DNA of 64,000 bases from Polyangiaceae bacterium (GTDB taxonomy: Bacteria; Myxococcota_A; Polyangia; Polyangiales; Polyangiaceae). The stretch is from positions 96,001 to 160,000 of the forward strand of contig JBNKBE010000012.1 in assembly GCA_050287085.1 (NCBI GenBank), read 5' to 3'. The notes beneath the pieces were generated by a model that worked only from the letters and a program-made list of their open reading frames with translations, did no database searches and had not been told where the DNA came from. This document shows, one piece after another, positions 57,703 to 64,000 of the stretch; positions within the stretch are counted from its first letter, which is position 1; each line of letters opens with the position of its first letter. The position numbers and the translations under genes are program-made.

Positions 57703-59343
57703 ATGGTTTCTATTGTCCACGCCGCTCGGGATATTGGACGCCTTCGCGATATCTCCCGAGTGCTGGCGCGCCACGGCTTCGGCGAGATTGCGCAGCGTCT
57801 CGGCCTGGTGCGCCGTGGCGGACAGACCAGCGCCGCTCCTCCTTCGGTGTCCGCAAGCCGCGCAGAACGCATCCGACACGTCCTAGAAGACCTAGGACCG
57901 TCGTTTGTAAAGCTCGGGCAGATCGCATCAACGCGAGCGGACCTATTGCCCCCCGACGTCATCACGGAGCTTCGACGCCTGCAAGACGGCGTACCAGCCG
58001 TGCCCTTTACCGCCATTCGTGAACGCGTGGAACTCTCCCTTGGCGCGCCATTGGAAGAGCTATTCGAAAGCTGGGACGAGACGCCGCTAGCTGCCGCTAG
58101 CATAGCGCAGGTGCATCGCGCGGTGCTCCGCACCGGAACTGGAGCGAAGGAAGTCGTTCTGAAGGTGCAGCGCCCCGGGATCGCAGAAACCATCTCCAGC
58201 GATCTCGACATTCTGCACAATCTGGCCGCACTCCTCGAACGCACCGTCGCCGAAACACGCATCTACTCGCCCACGGGTCTTGTCCAACAATTTGACCGTG
58301 CCGTCACCAACGAGCTGGACTTCACGACTGAAGCTGAAAACGCACGACGATTCGCTCGCAACTTTGAGCACGTACCCGGGGTACGCTTTCCAAACGTCTA
58401 TCGAGAACGTTCGTCCAAGCACGTCATCTGCCTCGAATATCTCGACGGCCAGAAGATCGACGAAGCGGTCAGAAACGGCCACTCCGGCCCCGTGCTGGCG
58501 CGCCGAGCGGTTGAGATTATCGTTAAGCAAATCTTCGAAGACGGCTTCTTTCACGCCGATCCTCATCCCGGCAACGTATTGATTCTAGGACCGCCGCAGA
58601 ACGCTGTGTACGCCCTGATCGACCTGGGCATGGTCGGTCGACTGAGTCCGCGTATGCGAGACCTCACCATCGACATGATGGTCGCGGCTTTTCGCAGCGA
58701 CTACGACGCCATTGCCGATGCCCTCTACGCCATCGCCTCACCTACCGAGAAAATCGACTTGAGGGCATTTCGGTCCGAAGTTGCGCTCCTGGCAGATCGC
58801 TACCTGGGTAAGCGACTAAAAGAACTGGAGCTAAGCTCTCTGGTCCGTGATCTGGTGGGCGCTGCGAATCGCTACGGGCTGGAAGTGCCCTCGGATTTCC
58901 TGCTCGTAGGAAAGACCCTGATGACGGTCGAAGGGATCGGCAAGGAAATCGCTCCTGAACTCGACATCATGGAGGAAACCCGTCCGTTCTTCCTCGACCT
59001 GGTTCGTCGACGCTATTCGCCCGAGCGGCTCGGACTAGACATGTTGCGGCAGCTCGATCGGCTGACGTCGATGAGCAAGAGCGTCCCCGAGCAGCTACAA
59101 GAGGTGCTGGAGGACGTCCGCACCGGACGGCTCACGATACGCGCCTCTCAACCGGATTTGGTTGGAGCGGCCGCACTGCTGGCGCGAAAGCTGTTTACCG
59201 GACTGATCTTTCTAGCGCTGGCTCTAGCTGCAGCGCTTCTCGCCGGCTCTGGCAAAGAACGAGCGGCTTGGTTCGTGGGCTCTGGGGCGCTTCTCTGGCT
59301 AAGTGTTCACCTACTCCGAGACGCCACTCGAAGACGTCCGTGA
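57703..59343 (+). CDS. UbiB/ABC1-family atypical kinase
   Basis: LGPSFVKLGQ, AAASIAQVHRA, KVQRP, ELDF..EA, FFHADPHPGN and IDLGMVG motifs; C-terminal TM helices. Confidence 0.93.
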   Translation: MVSIVHAARDIGRLRDISRVLARHGFGEIAQRLGLVRRGGQTSAAPPSVSASRAERIRHVLEDLGPSFVKLGQIASTRADLLPPDVITELRRLQDGVPAVPFTAIRERVELSLGAPLEELFESWDETPLAAASIAQVHRAVLRTGTGAKEVVLKVQRPGIAETISSDLDILHNLAALLERTVAETRIYSPTGLVQQFDRAVTNELDFTTEAENARRFARNFEHVPGVRFPNVYRERSSKHVICLEYLDGQKIDEAVRNGHSGPVLARRAVEIIVKQIFEDGFFHADPHPGNVLILGPPQNAVYALIDLGMVGRLSPRMRDLTIDMMVAAFRSDYDAIADALYAIASPTEKIDLRAFRSEVALLADRYLGKRLKELELSSLVRDLVGAANRYGLEVPSDFLLVGKTLMTVEGIGKEIAPELDIMEETRPFFLDLVRRRYSPERLGLDMLRQLDRLTSMSKSVPEQLQEVLEDVRTGRLTIRASQPDLVGAAALLARKLFTGLIFLALALAAALLAGSGKERAAWFVGSGALLWLSVHLLRDATRRRP

Positions 59344-59360
59344 CCACGTTTCGCAGCCTG

Positions 59361-59399
59361 AAAAAAGAACTGCGCGTCCCCAAAAAGGGCACGCGCAGT
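59361..59399 (-). terminator. Rho-independent terminator after atpE
   Basis: Stem ACTGCGCGT/ACGCGCAGT followed on the minus strand by TCTTTTTT. Confidence 0.8.
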
Positions 59400-59442
59400 A
59401 GTTGCGGCAGTCAACGCTGCCACGAGGGAAGTGGAGCGGCGA

Positions 59443-59772
59443 TTAGCCGATCTTGCCCTGGAGCATGAACGCGATAACAAAGCCGAACAGCACCAACGAT
59501 TCGATCAGCGCGAGTCCGAGAATCATCGGGGTTTGAATGCGCGATGCAGCCCCTGGGTTACGGCTAATGCCCTCAAGCGCAGCTGCCGCCGCACGGCCCT
59601 GACCGAGACCACCACCGAGAACGGCAAGACCGATTGCTACGCCAGCTGCGAGAGCGGCCATCGCCTGCGCATCGAACTCGTTGGCCGCAGCGCCCGACTG
59701 CGCAAACGCCGACTGGGCAAAGAAGGTGGTTACGAGGCTCAGAGCTACGACAAGCTTGTTCTTCATGGCCAT
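59443..59772 (-). CDS. atpE: ATP synthase Fo subunit c with N-terminal extension
   Basis: [10 protein letters not shown] loop, LALIES carboxylate. Confidence 0.96.
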   Translation of the reverse strand: MAMKNKLVVALSLVTTFFAQSAFAQSGAAANEFDAQAMAALAAGVAIGLAVLGGGLGQGRAAAAALEGISRNPGAASRIQTPMILGLALIESLVLFGFVIAFMLQGKIG

Positions 59773-59929
59773 GATGATTGGTCTCCTTGATATTCTCTAA
59801 AAGCGCGGGTGCGTGTAGTTTGATTCAGAAAAGGGCGCTACCGCTTTTTGCCAGCGCCCAACGGGAAATACTTCAGGTGTTCAGTACCGCTCACCCATCA
59901 GATGAACGGCGAAGATTCGCAAGCGGACG

Positions 59930-60697
59930 TCAGTGCGCCTCATGCTCGGTGGCAAGGCCTATATAGACGCACGTCAGAAGCGTAAAGACGAGCGTCTGAA
60001 CCGCGATGACGATACAGCCGAGCAACATCACCGGTAGGGGCAACAGTAGGCTAGCCATCGACGTCACGATGCCGAGGATCAAGTGGTCCACGGACATATT
60101 CAACATGAGACGGACCGCCAAGGTCACCGGACGAACGCAAAGCGAAACTACCTCGATGGGGAATACCAGGGGCGCCAAGTACCACGCCGGCCCCATCAGA
60201 TGCTTCACGTACCCCATGCCATTGCTGAGCAGGCCGTAGAGGTTGAAGAGAACAAATACAACGAGCGCGCAGCCGAGCGTGATGTTGAGGCTGCTGGTGG
60301 CGACAGGCATGCCTGGCAGCAGAGCCATCACGTTGGACGTGAAGACAAAGAGCGCAGACCCGCCAATGATGGGGAAGTACTTCTTGGCCCGTTCAGCGTC
60401 CATCACGCCCTTGGCCATATCGTAGAAGTAACCCACAAACGCTTCCACGCCGGTGCGCAAGGTCAGCTTGTCATCGGGGACAACCGCCGAGTCCAAATCC
60501 GCGAGCTGAAACTTCACCGCACGCGCGACGAAGAGAATGAGCAGCATGACCAAGGCTGCCGCCAAAATCGGCTCGAAAGAGTGCCAAGTCGGCGTCTGGT
60601 GCGCGACAAAACTCTCGCCAATGGCGGCCGCATTCTCACTGAGTCTCTCTTCTGCCGTCCCCAAGAGCAGGGTCAGCCAACTACTGTGTTCAGGCAC
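59930..60697 (-). CDS. atpB: ATP synthase Fo subunit a
   Basis: PIEVVS...RPVTLAVRLMLNM and IAVQTLVFTLLTCVYI motifs. Confidence 0.96.
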   Translation of the reverse strand: MPEHSSWLTLLLGTAEERLSENAAAIGESFVAHQTPTWHSFEPILAAALVMLLILFVARAVKFQLADLDSAVVPDDKLTLRTGVEAFVGYFYDMAKGVMDAERAKKYFPIIGGSALFVFTSNVMALLPGMPVATSSLNITLGCALVVFVLFNLYGLLSNGMGYVKHLMGPAWYLAPLVFPIEVVSLCVRPVTLAVRLMLNMSVDHLILGIVTSMASLLLPLPVMLLGCIVIAVQTLVFTLLTCVYIGLATEHEAH

Positions 60698-61094
60698 GTC
60701 GCTTTTCCTTCGTCTCAGCCTGCCCCGAGCTCTGCGGAACGGGAGAAAGCTGAGCTAGCACAATCCCAATCGGCAGCGCCCCGAGCCCCACCATCAGCGG
60801 GAGGCCCTTGAGCAAGCCGGCGTCAAATAACAGGTACAGCGCAGCAAGCAACACACAAAGCTTCAGCACTGCGGCAACAAGCCACGCCGCAGCGGACCCG
60901 CCGCCCAAAAGCGCTCGTACCGTTCTGCTGAGAGTCCACAGGTTGAGCACCCCGACGGCGGCCCCAGCCAAGACGCTCAGCGCGCCGGGAACCCCAAAGA
61001 GCGGCACCGACAACACGGCAAACAGACCACCGACAACCACAACAGTCACCAGTGCGCGTCGTTCCATAAGCCGTGCGATGTCAGCTTCGTTCAT
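60690..61094 (-). CDS. atpI: ATP synthase subunit I-like membrane protein
   Basis: Four TM helices, GAAVGVLN; directly upstream of atpB. Confidence 0.75.
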   Translation of the reverse strand: MNEADIARLMERRALVTVVVVGGLFAVLSVPLFGVPGALSVLAGAAVGVLNLWTLSRTVRALLGGGSAAAWLVAAVLKLCVLLAALYLLFDAGLLKGLPLMVGLGALPIGIVLAQLSPVPQSSGQAETKEKRRA

Positions 61095-61347
61095 CGTGAT
61101 ACCTCCGTCGCTCCGCGCGTTGTCGCGCCTCGTCAGCATCCGCCTCGCGGTTCGCCTGGCGCAGCGCGCGATACACAGCGCGAGCCCCATGGGCCAAACC
61201 CAGCGCAAATCCGGCTAGCAGAAACACATTCCGAGTAGCCAGGTGCTCGTCGACTCTGTACCCCACGTACGCCGGCAAGAGAACGCCCAGGGCGATTTCG
61301 AGCCCCAATGTCCCGTAGCTCCCCAGCCCTTTTAAGTTGCTCTGCAC
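61081..61347 (-). CDS. atpZ: AtpZ/AtpI (ATPase gene 1) family protein
   Basis: LGLEIAL...VGYRVDEHL...GFALGLAHG pattern; first gene of the Fo operon. Confidence 0.8.
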   Translation of the reverse strand: MQSNLKGLGSYGTLGLEIALGVLLPAYVGYRVDEHLATRNVFLLAGFALGLAHGARAVYRALRQANREADADEARQRAERRRYHDERS

Positions 61348-61443
61348 GGTTCGACTCGCGCGCGACCTACCACGCTGAAGGAACTACGGTCAACGCAGCC
61401 GGAAGGCTGCCCCTGTGCCGCGTTCCGAGGTAAAACACGAGCT

Positions 61444-62532
61444 ATGCGGCACGCGCGATTCCCCATCAATCGTCCACTCCTGCTTGCCTGGCTGTGCTGT
61501 TGCGGAGTCGCGAACGCCGCGCCCGTTACGCCTTCTCCCGTCAAAGCCGGCCCAGCCTTGGACGCCTCGGAAGGCAGTACCGCCGACGCGCCGCTGTCCG
61601 ACCCGCCGCTGTCCGACGCGCCCCTGTCCGACGCGCCCCTGTCCGACGCGCCCCTGTCCGGCGCGCCCCCGCCCCAGGCGGTCCCTCCGGGCGCCCCTGA
61701 ACCGCCGCCAGGACAGTTTCCAGCGGCAGAAGAAGTGCGGCAAGACGACGTCGAACCCGCAGACGATTCAAACGCGAACGATGCGGACGCCCCCTACGAG
61801 CCACCGCTGCCGGACGGCATCGTATTGCCGCCGCTCCGTCCCGTGCCGAAAGGTCCTATCTCCCTTCCGGCCGCGGCGCTCCACCCACTCCGCATCGGCG
61901 CCCCACGCTTCTCGCTTTGGGGCGGCCTGCGCGCGGGCTGGCTCTTTCCGCAGGGCACCTTGTGGCTCAATGGCTGGGACGACGGACGCGTCTGCTGCTT
62001 CTACTCACCCGTCCATTTCACGGACGTGGCGCGCTCGTCCCCCAAGCTCCAGGCAGATCTGGGATTGCGTTTCGGTCGACGCTACAACGTTTTCGGGACT
62101 TTCGAGTTTTCCCCGACGCGCCCAACATCCGACGGTGCAACGCGCAATAGCCAGCAGAAGTGGGGGCAACTCGCATTCACCGGACTCGGCTTCAGATTCT
62201 CCACGGACCCAGACGGGCTCGGCATGTTGTTTGAGGTGGCGCTGGGGTATCGAACCTTCCGCACCGAATGGGAAGACGGCGCGGTATTCGAAGGAGACAA
62301 GAGTGGTATCGCCCTGCGCTTTGCCCTCGGCGCCGACATCCGACTTAGCCGTTGGCTATCGCTGACACCCCAGCTTTCGCTGGCGACGGGAAGCTTCAGT
62401 CGACTGCGCTTCACGGCCCCCGAAAGCGCTCGCCGCAGCGTGTTGACTTCGCTCGACGAGCTCGGTGCGCACCACATCATCGGACTGGATCTGGGAGCGC
62501 ATTTCGACATCTGGGATCTGAGCGCCTACTAG
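61444..62532 (+). CDS. Secreted protein with Pro-rich N-terminus and probable small outer-membrane beta-barrel
   Basis: Signal peptide; alternating strands (LQADLGLRF, FALGADIRL, IGLDLGAHFDI). Confidence 0.65.
   Translation: MRHARFPINRPLLLAWLCCCGVANAAPVTPSPVKAGPALDASEGSTADAPLSDPPLSDAPLSDAPLSDAPLSGAPPPQAVPPGAPEPPPGQFPAAEEVRQDDVEPADDSNANDADAPYEPPLPDGIVLPPLRPVPKGPISLPAAALHPLRIGAPRFSLWGGLRAGWLFPQGTLWLNGWDDGRVCCFYSPVHFTDVARSSPKLQADLGLRFGRRYNVFGTFEFSPTRPTSDGATRNSQQKWGQLAFTGLGFRFSTDPDGLGMLFEVALGYRTFRTEWEDGAVFEGDKSGIALRFALGADIRLSRWLSLTPQLSLATGSFSRLRFTAPESARRSVLTSLDELGAHHIIGLDLGAHFDIWDLSAY
61585..61659 (+). repeat. Coding tandem repeat, 5 x 15 bp (D-A/P-P-L-S)
   Basis: GAC(G/C)CGCC(G/C)CTGTCC x5. 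Confidence 0.92.
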
Positions 62533-62541
62533 GAGCCGAAG

Positions 62542-63999
62542 TCAATGCGCTCGGGTCTCGACGGAGGGCTCGGCTCGGACCTCGGGGGAAGGCTTGGCCC
62601 AAGCTGCGGTCACGCTGACGTTCACTCCCGTGGGCTGCTCGTCAGCGAACTCATGAGCCTGCGTCACAGGCGTTAGCAGCGCGTCGCGCCCTCGAGTGAA
62701 CGATTGGTCGAGCACCACGCCCAGATAGGCGCGATCGAGTGCGAGTGCTCGCGTTGCCGACGGAATGAGCAGAGCTTCTACGTTGGTCTTCAGTTCAGCC
62801 AGCGCGGCGACGCTGAGCGTACCATCGGGCGCAAAGAACTTGCGACTGACCTCTTCGTTGCTCCGAAAGTCATCGGCGGCCCCGTTTTGTTCCAAGTACA
62901 AGGCGTATTCGAAGTGACCATCCGCTCGTCTGGGCTCCGATACGCCCCTGAGCGAATCCTGAGTGGCGTGGAACCATCCACCGCGACGTTCATCGACTTT
63001 GCGCGCAAAGGAGAAGCTACTGTCGTCCGTTACCCCAACCCCGCCGTGGCAGCCCACGCAGAAGGTCAGCTCCTCGTAGGTTTGAGGGCGCAGTCGCCCT
63101 TGTGGGTTCTCGATGAAGGCTTGGTAGGTCCAGCCTTGACCGTTGGTAACACCGCGTTCGAAGTTGCCTCGGATCTGACGGACCCGATCTGGATCGGTAG
63201 CTTTCTCCTGAAGCTCGCGCATCGCTTTCTGCTGAAGCGCCGAGAAGTTGTAGTATCGGTGCTTCCGCGCGTAGCGCAGCTCTTTCATGCGCGATGCCAT
63301 CCGCACCTCCTGCTTGGGGCCCACGTCCAGGTAGCGTACGCTATGCAAGAATTCGGTTCCTTGTGGGAACAGGCCGGCACTGGGCGCGGGAATTCTTGAA
63401 TCGGCACCCGCCTGCCCCACGTAGCGCAGACGAGAACCCTTGCCTGGTTGCCAACTAAACACAACCCGCGAGGCTGACGATAGTTGGCCATCGTCGTCGA
63501 GATCGGTATCAACGCTGCGCTCGACCACCGTATCGATAGGCACGTCGCGGCGCTGAATCATCGCCTGCACGATAGCGAGATTCACTCGGTATACGCTGAG
63601 GTCGAAACGGCCCTGGACATCTTGCTGGAACTCGGCAGGCAAGCGAATGAGGGCGTCCCCCATCGAACCGCCGTTGGTTGGAAGGAATGCTCCGGGAAAG
63701 GGATAAAACGAGTATGCACGCCAGCCCGTGTAGCTTCCATCCTCACGACGATCGAACCCGCTATCATCGAATCGATAGGCCGCGTCCGGCACATAGCCGT
63801 CCCACTTGCCATTGTCGTCCTCATCCCAGGCAGCCGGAAGGTCCTGCAGCTCAGCCCGTAACGCGGGCTTCCCTGTCGGGTCAAAGTAGTTGCTCTCCCG
63901 CACGTACCTAAGCAACTCTTCATCGCTCACGTTTGCCGTACTCGGCGGGTTGAACAGATTGCGCCACGGATTCTTGCGCGCAGGCTCGGGCAGCTTGAG
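62542..63999 (-). CDS. Uncharacterised protein with a CxxCH (c-type heme) motif; 5' end outside the window
   Basis: Frame is open to the window edge (...KNPWRNLF...); FCVGCHGG motif. Confidence 0.8.
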   Translation of the reverse strand, partial: LKLPEPARKNPWRNLFNPPSTANVSDEELLRYVRESNYFDPTGKPALRAELQDLPAAWDEDDNGKWDGYVPDAAYRFDDSGFDRREDGSYTGWRAYSFYPFPGAFLPTNGGSMGDALIRLPAEFQQDVQGRFDLSVYRVNLAIVQAMIQRRDVPIDTVVERSVDTDLDDDGQLSSASRVVFSWQPGKGSRLRYVGQAGADSRIPAPSAGLFPQGTEFLHSVRYLDVGPKQEVRMASRMKELRYARKHRYYNFSALQQKAMRELQEKATDPDRVRQIRGNFERGVTNGQGWTYQAFIENPQGRLRPQTYEELTFCVGCHGGVGVTDDSSFSFARKVDERRGGWFHATQDSLRGVSEPRRADGHFEYALYLEQNGAADDFRSNEEVSRKFFAPDGTLSVAALAELKTNVEALLIPSATRALALDRAYLGVVLDQSFTRGRDALLTPVTQAHEFADEQPTGVNVSVTAAWAKPSPEVRAEPSVETRAH

Positions 64000-64000
64000 C

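Noticed and set aside
1..64000. tRNA, rRNA, IS, integrase or prophage genes
   Set aside because: None recognised; the intergenic gaps are short and show no cloverleaf or terminal inverted repeats.

Overview
GC-rich bacterial chromosome segment, most likely Myxococcota (Polyangia-like). This is inferred from a MYXO-CTERM-type protein next to a beta-barrel gene, a delta-type pilin, a split Fo operon and many lipoproteins. About 50 CDS are supported. Housekeeping genes include dnaK, grpE, a uvrD/pcrA helicase, surA, recA, rseP, ftsK, a ubiB-type kinase and atpZ-I-B-E. Three accessory modules stand out. (1) 18.9-29.9 kb: a complete six-gene TonB2-type energiser cluster with a TonB-dependent receptor and a beta-helix-type lipoprotein, downstream of 11-bp-phased Pho-box-like repeats. 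(2) 35.2-42.7 kb, the best candidate for an undescribed system: an FN3-like membrane protein, a Na+/solute symporter, an unannotated 39-aa membrane peptide, an aspartate-carbamoyltransferase homologue missing the aspartate side-chain loop, an asparagine-synthetase-type amidotransferase, an N-carbamoyl-amino-acid hydrolase and an isochorismatase-family amidase. The enzyme logic fits synthesis, uptake and turnover of an N-carbamoyl amino-acid amide, such as the osmolyte N-carbamoyl-L-glutamine-1-amide (inference). (3) 45.8-49.0 kb: a non-QueD PTPS-fold protein, GT4, methyltransferase and CDP-alcohol phosphotransferase cluster. Also seen: a frameshifted pentapeptide-repeat gene, two 15-bp tandem repeats and a palindrome-filled recA promoter. 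No rRNA, tRNA, CRISPR array or IS element was recognised. All calls come from motif recognition by eye; no database search was run.
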